Assembly (NCBI GenBank): GCA_025594325.1 | Contig: JANHCV010000006.1 | Location: 1,054,001 to 1,118,000, forward strand | Direction: 5' to 3' | From: Blastocladiella emersonii ATCC 22665 | Taxonomy: Eukaryota; Fungi; Blastocladiomycota | DNA: 64,000 nucleotides | In this document: in pieces, positions 30,711-42,591 of the stretch | How positions within the stretch are numbered: position 1 is the first letter of the stretch | Layout of the letters: the number at the start of each line of letters is the position of its first letter | The notes under the pieces: model-generated | Told to the model about the DNA's origin: nothing | Seen by the model: the letters and a program-made list of their open reading frames with translations, nothing else | Databases searched by the model: none | Position numbers and translations under genes: made by a program

Positions 30711-33609
30711 GTTGATAGCGTAGAGTGAGGGGGAATGGGTACTCGACAAGGGGAGCCGAGAGGAGGGGCGAGGGACGGGCGAGCTTTTGAGGGGCGGGCC
30801 GAGCGAGCGGACCGACCGGAAGAGAGAAAAAAAGCGAGCGAAGTGGCCCAGCAACGCGACGCGTGACCAGAATGCGAAACGCGCGCGTCACGCGTTCCTC
30901 ACCCGATCTCACCGGATGCGGGGCGGCGCCACACCCGAACCACGAGCGGGGCGCCTCGCGGCGCGAATCGCGCCTCTGCACTGCCCGCTCCGATCTGTCC
31001 CTCAGAAATGGCCTGGGATCGCAATGGACGCGCAAGTCGGTGCATCGGAGCGCCGTTCACATGGAGCAGCGACCGAGAACATCGAGGCTTGGTTCCAGGG
31101 AAATCTGCTTTGCGCGTCGTCCTCGTCCCCCTTGCTCTAACATAGGTTCTGCCGCGGAACTCTCGCGGCTGCTGCCTCGGCATCGGTGTGCGATGGCGCG
31201 CAAGGGAAGGGCCGCATGGCCAGCGCGCTCAGTGAAGCTCGCGTCAGGACCACTCGCGCAACACGACACGCGCGTGCTTGGCCAACGATGCGGATACGCG
31301 TCGAGGTCACGCCTGCGCGAGCACCCGCTCACCGTGCTCCCACAGCAGGCTACCGTGTATGACCACGTCCTCGCGTGCTGGGACGCGCTGACCAGGTGCA
31401 CGGCGCAGCTCGGTTCCATCGACTCGGCGCGCGTTCACCGCGGCAGGTCTCCATCGTAATCGCGGGAGATCCACGGAGCTGAGGCACCGGGCGGCTTCGG
31501 CGATGCGCCGCCTTTGCTGGTGCAGCGGAAGCTTTGCGGAGCGACTGCTCGACCAACTGTGAGTGCACGCCGTCTACGCGTACACCTTGCACGATCTCTG
31601 TCGCCGAGCAGTCGACCCTCTCATACTGAGGCTCTAGCATCGCGCAGCTGGCACAGCTCGCCCTCAAGCACGATATTCTCGCTCATCGAACACGGAATGA
31701 GTGACGTCGCGCTTCCGTCGCGAGGTCGGTGCAGGCGCGTCAACAACGACGCATGCGAGATTGCTCTCCTACGACTTCCGCGCAAATGCCATGCGCGCGC
31801 TCCTCTCACTAACGCGTCAACAGCGCGTTGTGACGCACGACGTCACCGCACAACGGCGTCGGAGATGATAGCACGGCGCATGAAGCGCATACTCGCTCGA
31901 TAGACGATAGAAGGGTGCGACGGTGACGCAAGACCGCCACCACGTCCTTTGCGAGGCCAGAGAGAATGGGGCGGACTCGATGGTGGCGGCGCCGGTCGAG
32001 AGCAAGTGAGCGGAATGCCGTGATGCCAGCGTGGGGCCGACGCGCTCGATCGAGGCGCAATCGGGCTCGGCCCCGCGACGCGCCACACCGCGTGAAAACT
32101 TGGCCGACTCACCACGGCACCGTGATCGACGTGGGCCGGCATGAAAACGACTTGGCGCGGATTGCCGTGCTGCAGACACAGACACGCGGGTGACGTCGCG
32201 AGCCCCCGAGCGAGTCGTCGAGGCCGAACGTGATGCATATGCTGGTTTGAGAATGGCGTCAACCTCATCTCGGGCAAAAGGAGGTTCGAGAGGGCGGCGG
32301 CGGCGACGCCCAACGCCCGACTTTCAACACGTTTGCAGACGAGCAAGCACCGGCGGCCGCGGACATGCGAGCTGATGCAAGCAGGTGCGTCGGCCCGAAT
32401 TCACGGCGCCCTAGGCCAATTTCGCGCATCTGCGGGTCGCCCGCCCTGCCGCCGTGGGCGATGGATGATCTTCGCGTCGTGCGCACGCGGTGCGCCCGCG
32501 TGCGGCGACGCCACATGGCCGAGCGTGCGAGACCCCATGACGAGACGGCAGCGCAGCGCGCCGATTGCGAGGTGCGAGTGCTCGCGGCAAGCTCGCATGG
32601 CCGCCGCGATAGCGAATCAGGTGCACCGGCCCTCGGAATCGGTCAAGTTCAGCGCGACGACGCCGTCGACGAGGATGATGACAGTGGCCGCGTGGAGTGC
32701 TCGTCACTCATGACGCGTGATACTCGTCGTCCGAGGCGACAAAACGCGCGAGGGGAGGAGGAAGAAGAATCAGCTGCGGTGAGAACTCGGCGCGACGCGA
32801 CGCGACACGTCACGTCTCAGGCTCGCTCCGATTCCCTCCGATAACAAAAAGACGCGAGCTGACTCGGTGCTGACGCAGCGGCGACGTTTTTCATGCCGCG
32901 CGACCGACTGACGGGAAGCGGCGGGGCCGGGGCCAGTGGGAGCCGAGCCCGGGAGACACGCGCCATCACCAATCAGCGCGGCCACGTTCACGGTGGCCAC
33001 GGCCGGCCGCGGCCACCGGCCACCGGCCACCGTCAGCGCTTGCGTGATCCCGCTGACTGATAACGCGTCGCCCGCGACGAGCAGGAGCGCGGCCACCGTC
33101 CCGCTCACCATGGCCATCGTGGTGAGGATTCCGACGACCCGGCTCCGCGTTGCAGTGGGGCCGCGGTGCGGTCCACTCGAGCACACCTTGGTTGTTTGTC
33201 TCGGGCGAGTCGGCAAGACTCGCGCTGGCCCCAGCGACGGTGGCGGCGACGTCACCTCGGCCGGGAGGCGGACTAAGCCACGCTGGCCGTCGCAGGATTC
33301 AATAGCGTATGCGAGCCGCGACCGGGCCGCGCGAACCACAGCCATCGATTTTCACGCGGGCGCCACCGTCGTCACCGCGCCTGGGGCCTCGGTGCTGAAA
33401 ATGGCGCGTGGTGATGCAACCGGCGCGGGGACTGACCGACCGAATTCGCGGCGCGCGGCACGCGGCCGACGTGAATCCCGGCCGCTATCGCGCGCCGGCC
33501 ACAGAGTGGTGTTCGCGCGCATCGCCATCGAGACACCACGCGCCCGCATTGCTCCGGCCCGGCCGACCGACTGACCCGCCGGCCACCCACCCCGCACCCG
33601 GAACCCACA

Positions 33610-33615
33610 TATATA
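33610..33615 (+). promoter_or_regulatory. TATA-like box upstream of the C2H2 gene
   Basis: CATATATAGC about 105 nt upstream of ATG 33720 in very GC-rich DNA. Confidence 0.45.
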
Positions 33616-33719
33616 GCCCCGCTCCCCCCGCCCCCGCCGCTCTCCAGCCAACCCATCCTCGCAGCGCTCGACCAACCTTCTTTCCCCGCACTCTGCCCGC
33701 CAGCCAGCCAGCCATCACC

Positions 33720-34532
33720 ATGTCCGCTGCATCGACTTCCACCACCACCACCTCGCCATCGTCCTCGGCCCCGTCGCGCGGCCGGTTCGCGTGCCAGCAC
33801 CCGGGCTGCCTCAAGTCCTTCTCGCGGTCGTCGCACCTCGCGCGGCACGTCCGCATCCACCTCGGCACCAAGCCCTTCACCTGCGCCGTGCCCGGCTGCA
33901 CCAAGCGCTTCAACCGCCGCGACTGCTGGCGCGAGCACCTGCGCGGCGTCCACGGCATCGCCTCGCTCGACGCCACCGAGATTGCCATCCCCGCGGCGTA
34001 CCCGGTCGCGTCCTCGGTCTCATCATCGACTATGCCGTCACCCGTCTCGCCCGCGCGCGTCCCCGCCACGCCCGAGGCCGAGCTCGCGGCGTCGCCCTTC
34101 TCCAAGCCCTCGGCCATCCTCACGGCCGCGCCCGTCTCGTCGTCGTCGTCGTGCCCGTGGCCAAGCCCGTCGCCCAGTCTCGCGGCCACCAGCGTGCACG
34201 GCTCGCCGACCCCGATACCCGTGACCATGACGCTCGCCGAGTCCATGGCCGGCCACATGCCCGCGTTCCGCTTCGACTTTGACCACCACCACCACCACGA
34301 CTCGACTTCTTTCTCCTCGTCCTCGATTGCCAAGCCCAGCTCCGAGTGGTCCATGCTCCCGCCCTCGGCCGCCCCGCTCGTCTCGCCCTACACGGTCCTG
34401 GTCCCCTCGTCGCGCATCCTGCCGCGGCCGACGAGCTCGCACCACCACCACCATCGTCGGTCTTCCTCCTCGTCGGCGGCAACCCTCGACGCACGAAGCA
34501 CCTGCCACTACCTGCCGGTGATCCGCCTGTAA
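33720..34532 (+). CDS. C2H2 zinc-finger transcription factor (two fingers, S/P-rich tail)
   Basis: FACQHPGCLKSFSRSSHLARHVRIH-LGTKPF-TCAVPGCTKRFNRRDCWREHLRGVH. Confidence 0.9.
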   Translation: MSAASTSTTTTSPSSSAPSRGRFACQHPGCLKSFSRSSHLARHVRIHLGTKPFTCAVPGCTKRFNRRDCWREHLRGVHGIASLDATEIAIPAAYPVASSVSSSTMPSPVSPARVPATPEAELAASPFSKPSAILTAAPVSSSSSCPWPSPSPSLAATSVHGSPTPIPVTMTLAESMAGHMPAFRFDFDHHHHHDSTSFSSSSIAKPSSEWSMLPPSAAPLVSPYTVLVPSSRILPRPTSSHHHHHRRSSSSSAATLDARSTCHYLPVIRL

Positions 34533-35435
34533 ACGTGATTGGCCGTGCGCTTAACGCCGACCACGTCAGCGTTGGGGACGATGCCGTCATCCCCTAAGGT
34601 TGGCGCTCGGCCGTCGCCGTCGGTGGCCACGAACGTGCCGGCGCGTCGTGCTCGAGCACGCCATCCCCACTCTCTACTGTATATATCTTCTTACCCGTGT
34701 CCCTTGTCTGGATCCCGATATCTCGATAAAAGCCTTCAACCCATGCATCCCGCCATTTCTCCGCGTTCCGGGCACCGCCGACTGAGCTGAGCCTCTGCAT
34801 GAACTTCATTTGCACCGCGCCGCGCTGTGAGCGCTGTTGATCCCCGTGTTGATGGTGACGGTGAGGACTTGGCCGCAGCCGGTGTTGATCATCGCCCAAC
34901 GACATCACTCGTCACATCACATCACAACCAACTCAAAATCTTGCTGTGGGGCGACCGCGACCGCAACCAACATTCATGCCGCGCACACAACGGTCCACGC
35001 CGCGGGCTCGATCACGGCGCGATCCGCGCCGTGGAGTGGGTTGCGTGTGATGTGATCGGCCAGCGGCTCGGGCCAACGTCGCCGTGATTACGCGTCCGCG
35101 GCCGTGATTTGGTCGCGGGCCCACGCTCGTGGCCGGCAAGGTGTGTGAGTTGAAATCTTCGCGCTCACTTGGCCGAGGGCGAGAGCACGCCATCCCGAAT
35201 TGCTGCTTCGCCACACCGACCAGCCCAACACGTTCTCCCCGTCGCTCGCGTGCACGCGCTGCGCCGCGCCCTTGAGCGTGCAGGACCCGTTGACCCGTGG
35301 CGGTGGCGGCGCGGGCGGCGCCCACTCACTTGCGCTTACGACGACTCCTGTGAGTCATGCCGTCACTCTTTCGGTGGGCAGCGGTGTGGCGACGACGGCG
35401 ACGATAGGATGAAAAAATACTCTCCCAGAGGACGT

Positions 35436-36201
35436 TTATGCGTGGCCTGCCATCATCACGGCGGTGGCGGCACCGACGTCATCGTCGGCATACTCGCGCT
35501 CGGCGTCCGGCTCCTCCTCGGCTGCTGCTGGCCGCGGTGCCCCAACGGCGTCAGCGTCACCGTCACCGTCGAGCAGGGCCAGCCCACTCGACACTCCTCC
35601 TCCTCCCGCAACACCGCCGCCGACAAACAGGCCCGGGAACGCGTGCCTCGTCGCCGGATCGCGCGCGTACCGTACGGCGGACACGTCGCACACCTCGATG
35701 AACTCCTGGTCGGCGATGCGGATCTTCTCGCCGGCGAACCGGCGGTACTCGTCAAAGATGCTGGTCATGGACCACCGCTGCAGCTTGCGCAGGCACCCGA
35801 CGACGCACCCGATGCGGTGCTTGCCCTTGTTGCAGTGGATGAGGATCGGGCGGTTGGCCGGGTCGAGCAGCCGCTCCAGGGCGCCGCGCACGTCGGCCTC
35901 GTCAATCTCCTGGAACGGTTCCTTGTTCCCCTTGACCGCGTACTGGAACACGGTGATCCCCTCGGCCGTCACAAACTCGACGTTGTCGGGGCGGTACTCT
36001 TCTGGGTCGAGGTACCTACGGGCACAGGGACGCGTGAGGCCAATGCTCTCTTTTTCGGAGAGACGCGAGCACATACACGATGCTCTTGAGCCCGAGCGTG
36101 CGCAAGAACGCAAAGTTCTTGCGGTTCGGGTACCCGCTGCGGTACACGCCGCTCGCCACCATGGCAAAGTTGAGCGGCGGGACGAGCACAGTCTTGGCCA
36201 T
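35436..36201 (-). CDS. SIW14: Siw14/Oca-family atypical dual-specificity phosphatase (inositol pyrophosphate phosphatase type), 234 aa
   Basis: VPPLNFAMVASGVYRSGYPN, intron 36076-36016 (GTATGT...TAG), catalytic loop ILIHCNKGKHRIGCVVGCLRKLQRW, SIFDEYRRFA. Confidence 0.9.
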
Positions 36202-36452
36202 TGTTTGCAACGAGTGAGTTTACAGATGCATGCGTTTCGCGTCGTTCATGTCGGGGTTCGCGTGCTCTGCGGCAAGCGGCGCAGCGAAAAAGGATGTGCG
36301 CCACCAGGGCGCCACACGGCGACGCGGTCACCTGACCGGTCGCTGTGGCGCGTCTCCTCTTCGCTTCGCTTCGTGTCCGCGGCTTCTCCCCCTCTCCCGC
36401 TTCATCGGAAGCACATATGCACTCTATACCGCAACGTAGCACACACTCAGCA

Positions 36453-37307
36453 ATGACCAACTCCCCCGTGCAGTACTTTTCGGGCCAGGTGGCCGGCCAC
36501 GACTCGCTGGTGCAGGTCTCCCCGGCAATCCTGGCCAAGCCGTGCGTGCCGCACGAGCGCCAGTTCTACGTGGACGCGGCCGCCGCGGAATCGCCCGCTC
36601 TGGCCTACCTGCCCGCGTACCTCGGCAACTACCCGGGCGCGCGGCCCGCGGGCATCGACACCAAGGGCGGCAAGCTGTCGGAGCTGATCCAGCTCGGCAA
36701 CCTGCTGGCTGGCGTACGCGCGCCGTCCGTCATGGACCTCAAGATGGGCACGCAGCTTTACGACGCGCGCGCCGACGACAAGAAGAAGCAGCACATGATC
36801 GAGCTCGCCAACGCCACCACCAACGGGTCCGCCGGCATGCGCGTCTCGGGGATGAAGCTGTACACGGGCGCCCACGGCGAGGGCGGGATCCCCGTTGACG
36901 ACGCCGCGTACGTGCCGTACGACAAGACGTTCGGCAAGTCGCTCGTCGCCGACACCGTGTACCAGGCGTTCCTCGAGTACACCAAGCACGTCGCGGCGGC
37001 CGACGTCCGGTGCGCGCTGCTCGTGTGCATCCGCGAGGAGCTCGCCAAGTTCCTCGCCGTGGCCGAGACGCTTGACGGCGTGTACGTCGGCACCTCGCTG
37101 CTCTTCATCTTCGACGCGGCGCCCGCGGCCGGGTCCATTGTCGACTCGTTCCGCCTCCACTGGATCGACTTTGCCCACTCGGACCTGTCGACGGGCACCG
37201 GCGCGCCCAACGAGCAGTTCCTGTTCGGCGTACGCAACGCCATCAAGGCCGCCGACAAGGCCATGGCCGAGTTCGCGGTCAGCGCCGTCGCGTCGATTAT
37301 GAAGTGA
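36453..37307 (+). CDS. Inositol polyphosphate kinase (IPK family; Arg82/IPMK-like), 284 aa
   Basis: QVAGH, ERQFY, PSVMDLKMG (PxxxDxKxG), SLLFIFD (SLL), HWIDFAH (IDF); LYD..A..KK..M...TT region looks more IPMK than Kcs1/IP6K by eye. Confidence 0.9.
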   Translation: MTNSPVQYFSGQVAGHDSLVQVSPAILAKPCVPHERQFYVDAAAAESPALAYLPAYLGNYPGARPAGIDTKGGKLSELIQLGNLLAGVRAPSVMDLKMGTQLYDARADDKKKQHMIELANATTNGSAGMRVSGMKLYTGAHGEGGIPVDDAAYVPYDKTFGKSLVADTVYQAFLEYTKHVAAADVRCALLVCIREELAKFLAVAETLDGVYVGTSLLFIFDAAPAAGSIVDSFRLHWIDFAHSDLSTGTGAPNEQFLFGVRNAIKAADKAMAEFAVSAVASIMK

Positions 37308-37323
37308 CTTGCTCGCACAAACC

Positions 37324-40300
37324 ATGGAAACTATACAAACCTCAGTTGATGCAAAGACTCCCAAAACACCCGCGTCGTGCATCCGCGAGCATTTCGGGGC
37401 CGCCCGGACGTCGACGCTGAGGGACCTCCTCGTCGCGAACCTGCAGCTGCCGCCCGGCTCGTGCATCGACCCGGCCACGGTCGTTCTTCGACCCGATGAC
37501 CCGCCGGCGTACCGGTCGCTCCTCGAGACCACGCTCGTCGGCCTGCGCACCACGGCAGGCACGGACTCACCGCCGCCTCCGCCGCCCATCGTCCTCGACG
37601 TGTGCCCCGCCGCATCGGGCCAGTGGCTGCACGACTCGCTCAGCGCGTCGGGCGTTCTGCACAACCTGCAGGTGCTATCGCCGGGCCGGCTCGGGCAGGA
37701 GAGCTCGCTGCGCGATGTATGCGTACTGCTGAGATGCGTGAGGCCCTTCCATCACTGACGACCAGTGCGAGTAGGTTGTCGACCGCGCCATCGAATGGCT
37801 CATGGCAACCGGCCGGCAGTCGGACGTCCTGACGCTCGGCTTCCGACTTGCCCCGCAGGATCGCTCGCTCAACCTCGCGCGGCTCAAAGGCATCGAGACC
37901 GTGTACCCGAACCACATCCTCGACTACGCGATGCGGCCCGAGTTTGGCACGCTACTCTCGCGGTCCGTCTCTTCTCAGATCCTGTCGTTTCCGTCACTTG
38001 ACTGATGGAGCCCGTACGTAGGGTCGGCGACGCCTTCTTCACTTTCCTCCTGACGCACACGTCCATGTTCGTCGCCGTGCGCGAGTCCGGGTCGTACATG
38101 CAGGTTTCGGGCCCGCAGTTCTCGACCGTGCTCCGCGGCCTCGTTTCCAGCGGCGCGACCCCATCCTCCTCTGCGTCCTCCTCGGCGGCGCGGAAACGCC
38201 TCAACTCGGCCGCATCCGCGGGCACGGGCAGGGACACGGGCTCCAACAAGCGCCTGCGCGCGGCCAAGCCGTCCGAAATCACCTTCACCCGCGCCGCGAC
38301 CCTGCACGCGCGCCCGCGCATCGGCGCAGATAACCGCGTCGTGTACAAGCTGCCCGAGTCGCGTACGTCGTGCCCCTCAACTCTGCATCGCCAGCTCACC
38401 CCCGATGGCCGCGCTCGTAGACCCGCTCAACCAGCCCGCGACGCTCGACGCCCTGAAACCCATCCTGCCGAGCGAGTTCGAGTCGAAGCGCGGCCGCGGC
38501 CGTGCGCGTCTGACCGCGGGGTTCTTGCCGCTGTGGTCCGTCGCTGTCGATAACTGGGCGCGGTGCCGCCCGCACCGGCTCCTCGCCGCCATCGCCCCAC
38601 CGCCCCCGCGCGCTCCCACCCTCGCTCGCCACATCCCGTCGTCGCGTGTATCGCGGTGGCTCGCGCGCCACGTCCCGCCGGCGTGCGTCGCACGGTGGCT
38701 CGTCGCTGTCTCGCGCGCCGTGTTTCCGCTCGAGGTGTGGGGGTCGGTGGGGAACCGCGCGACGGTCGAGGCGGTGGTGCACCGGTTCGTCGAGCTCGGC
38801 GCCGGCGAGGAGATGGCGCTGCACGAGGCTGTGGCCGGGATCATGACGAGCGAGATCGCGTGGCTCGGCAGCAAGACGGGTGGCGGGAAGGCCGACGGCG
38901 AGCGGCGCGCCGAGCTTGTTCGGAGCTGGGTCGCGTGGTATCTCGGCAAGTTTGTCGTGCCGCTGATCAAGGTACGGATCACACGACGCAGCGATGAGGA
39001 ACAACGCTAACCGCGACGCGACAGACCTACTTCTATGTGACCGCGACCCAGCCGTACCGCAAATCCGTCTTCTACTTCCCGCACCCTGTCTGGCGCCGTC
39101 TCGAACAATCCTCTGTGTCGCACCACCTGCGACGCCTCTTCACCCCCACCCCCACCCCTGCCGGCCAGCGCGCGCCGCAGTGGTGGCACCCACTCCGCGT
39201 CCTACCCAAACTCGCGTCGACGCGCGTCCTCGTCAGCCACGCGCGCCGGCTCAAGCTCATGCCCGCGGCGCGGGGCCGCACGCGCGTCCATGGCACGCGG
39301 TTCCACGTCCGCCAGGTGCGCGACGCCGTGTTCCCGCTCCAGCGGATCGCCGTGCAGCGCGGCATGTACGGCGCCGGCATACCGAGTGTTGCCTCAGTGC
39401 ACAAGAGGATCAAACGGTGGTTTCGCGACGCGGTCGGGGGTGGGCGGCGGGACGGGTACGTGTTGATGGTGGCGGAGGGGGATGGTGGTTGGATGCTTAC
39501 GTGCGGCTGCTGTGGTGTAGCGTCACGATCCACGCGGTCAAGGTCGACGTGGTCCGCGCGTACGACTCGATTGACCCGGAGCGCGCGTTGCAGGTCGCGG
39601 GCGAGATCATGGAAGCGGTACGCTTCACGATGCGTATCGTCCCAACCTCGCTGATGGCCTCGCGTTCTAGGACACGTACGTTACGCGCACCCACGACGTC
39701 GTGTTTCCGTCGGGCAAGGTCGCAACGCACCGCTCCATTACCCCGTTGAGTACGCCTTCCTCCACCACTGCCCGAGCCATGCGATGACTGACCGCGGCTC
39801 TGTAGGTAAACTGTCCAAGTTCCACAAGTACGCCGCGCAGCAAAATGACCAGTCCGCGGCGGCAGGGGACGCCGTGTACGTCGACAACGTGGTGCACGCG
39901 CAGGTCCGCCGCGACACGGCGGCGCGCGTGATGCACGAGATGGTCGCGACGAACGCGGTGCGCGTCGGCAAGCAGTATTTTATGCAGAAGCACGGGATCC
40001 CGCAGGGCGCGCCGGGGTCGGCGATGCTGTGCAAGTACGCGAGATGCCGCAGGTTCAAGCAAGGCGGTACTCACCCCTGGGTCCCGCGTGTAGCGTCTTC
40101 TACGGCGAGATGGAGCAGAAGCACCTCGGCTTCATCGCCGAGAGCGGCGCAGGCACGTCGCTGCTGGTACGGTTCATTGACGACTTCCTCCTCCTGACGC
40201 GCGACGCGGCCGTCTCGACCCGGTTCCTCGACACCATGGCGCGCGGGATCCCCGAGTACGGGTGCACGATCGCGCTGCCGAAATCGGTCGCCACGTTCGC

Positions 40301-41098
40301 GCACCCGGGCGGCGTGCTCGTGCGCGACGTCGTCCCATGGTGCGGGCTGCTCGTCGATACCACGCGACGGGTCGTGGTTAACGACTACGAGCGGTTTGTC
40401 GGGCAGGGTACGGAATTTGGCGCTTTCGCGCACGAGTGCGAGTCTGACGGTGCGCGCGGGTAGACCTCTCGTCAACGATGCAGATCGACACGCGCAAACC
40501 CGGCGCAAAGCTCGCGTCGCGCGCGTCGTGGTTCCTCACGTCCAAGCTGCACTCGGTGCTGTTCGACCTCGACGTCAACGACGCGGCGACCGTGCTGCTC
40601 AACGCGTACCAGCTCGCGCGGTTCGCCGCGCTCAAGCTCACGGCGTACCTCGTGCAGCTGTCGAGGCGCGGGGTCGTGGTTCGGTCCGCGGTGGTCCTGC
40701 GTACGTCAACGTTACAAGGAAGACGCACGAAGGGGTCCTCACTCGGTGGGTGTAGGCGCGGTCAAGGAGCTGGTCACCGCCTTCCCTAAGCTGCTCGCGC
40801 GGTGCACCCGCAGGTACCACTTGACGACGCAGAGGAAGTTCTTCAAGAACAAGTCGGTCGCGATCAAGTGGTGCGTCTGACTCTGCCCACGCAATCCCCG
40901 CCCAACTGACAGCTGCAATGTAGGCTCGCAATGACGGCGTACGCCGAGTCCCTCTCTCTGCGGCGGGAACACGCCAAGGTGTGCCAAGAGCTCCACAAGG
41001 TGCGGCGGCGGGTGCAGCACGTTGTCCCCGCGGCCGACCGCGCCGTGGCGAGCGACCCGCGGAACGCCGTCTTTGCGCAGATCCGGCTGCACCCATAG
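37324..41098 (+). CDS. TERT: Telomerase reverse transcriptase, multi-exon
   Basis: TEN domain (DVLTLGF; LLSR/VGD..FTFLLTHTSMF...YMQVSGP), introns including 37717-37774 and 38363-38420, T motif YFYVTA..YRK..FYFPHPVW, LRVLPK, motif A VKVDVVRAYDSID, B' GIPQG, C LLVRFIDDFLLLT, E PWCGLLVD. Confidence 0.95.
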
Positions 41099-41312
41099 AG
41101 TAATGCATGGAGATTCATCGTGTTCATCGTCACCATCGTGTACAGAGCGGGAGAGGAGGAGAAGTGCGTACTCGCAACGCATCACATGATGGACCCGACC
41201 CTCGCTCGACCTTTTGCAGCGGCCTCCTCCCCTCCAACGATGCCCGCAACCATACTGAGGGAGGCCCATCCACGCCGCCCGTACCCGACTTCTTGCAACG
41301 TAATCAACCACC

Positions 41313-42192
41313 ATGTCATCTCGAGGAGGCGCAGCAGCGGCCGGCGGCGCGCGCGGCGGTGGTCGCGGCGGTTTCCGCGGACGGGGCCGTGGGCGCGGCG
41401 GGTCCAAGTTTGCGCACATCCCCGGCGCGGACCGCGATGCATTTGACCCCAACAACAAGCCCAAGGCGACCGAGCTGTACCCGGACGTGGCCCTCGAAGC
41501 GCCCACCGGGCCGTCCGAGGACGAGGAGCTGCTGTTCGAGATCGGCAACGTGTTCCTCCAGCAGGTGCAGGAGTCGCCGTACTACCTCAAGGTCGCGGAC
41601 CGCGCGGATAAGAAGAGCGCGGAACCAAGTGCGTACCGTTGCGGACGTTGTTTGGAGGTAGCGTGCTGACTGCGACTGCGAGTGTAGCCGTGTTGCGGTA
41701 CTCTGAGCTGCAGAAGAAAAAGGGCGCGGGCGAGGACGACGTCGTCGATCCACGGCAACAGTTGACGGCACTTGGACTCGGTGCGTCTCATCTCGCTCGA
41801 CCTGTCGTGCCCAACGCAACCTAATGAGCATGCACGTCCAGACCTGAGTTTCTTCCCCGACGAGCTCGCCATCGCCATCGACCCGACGCGCACGGTGCGG
41901 CGCAAGGTGGTCAAGCGGAAGCTTGATTTTTCGCGGCTCGCCGACGAGGCCGCCGTGTCGGGCGACGAGGACGACGAGGAGAAGAACGACGAGGACGAGG
42001 AGGTCGAGGAGGACGACAACTACGACGACGTCGAGGATGACGGCGACTACAACGCCGAGCAGTACTTTGACGCCGACGAGAATGACGCCGGCGACGACGG
42101 CGGTGACGGGGGTACGTTCCGGAGTGCTCGGGCGAGGGCGGAGCGGCGGCTGACGTACGCGTGCGCGGACACTTGTAGAAGCGGCGTTCTGA
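41313..42192 (+). CDS. RPC31: RNA polymerase III subunit C31 (RPC7/POLR3G family), multi-exon
   Basis: RGG-rich N-terminus, LYPDV..P, ESPYYL, FFPDEL, acidic tail with DYNAEQYFDA; canonical introns. Confidence 0.8.
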
Positions 42193-42591
42193 GCGTGATC
42201 GGAGCGTGGTGTGCGACTGGATACATAGGCTTGTTACCTCATTGCAAAACTGGCTCTGGCAGGGTGAGGGTGCACCGGTTCGTGGCTCCGCGTCCCTGCG
42301 ATCGGCCGCGGCGCGAGACAGACGCGCTGCGAGACGTTGAGAGGCAAACGGTCAGGTGATGTGGCGGAGCTCGCGCCGCCTCCACGTCGCGCGCCGCCTC
42401 CGGCCTCTGCCCGCCCGCCCCCGCCCCCACCCGCGGCGTTGCTCGAGCACCGTTTGGGCGGCGCCCCTGCTCTCGCAAACCGCACTCGAAGCCCATGTAA
42501 ACTCCGTGCGACTCCCGGCAACCCCCACGCGACGCCCGATCGACCCCCATCAGCCAACCCTCGCGACCCCGCCGCCCCCGCCTCTGCCGCC

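Noticed and set aside
32990-33035. GC-rich imperfect palindrome GGTGGCC...GGCCACC with repeated GGCCACC
   Set aside because: Short and compositionally expected; no MITE, CRISPR or RNA-gene hallmarks.
34594-34908. Minus-strand 104-aa ORF, and TGATG repeats at ~34880-34930 as a C/D snoRNA
   Set aside because: No coding bias and no proper RUGAUGA...CUGA pair with a terminal stem; probably 3'UTR sequence.
10604-37307. PhoD grouped with Siw14/IPK as a phosphate-signalling cluster
   Set aside because: About 23 kb and many unrelated genes separate them; no evidence of linkage.
37324-41098. Reverse transcriptase as a retroelement
   Set aside because: TEN and T motifs plus multiple spliceosomal introns identify cellular TERT; no LTRs, gag, endonuclease or target-site duplications.
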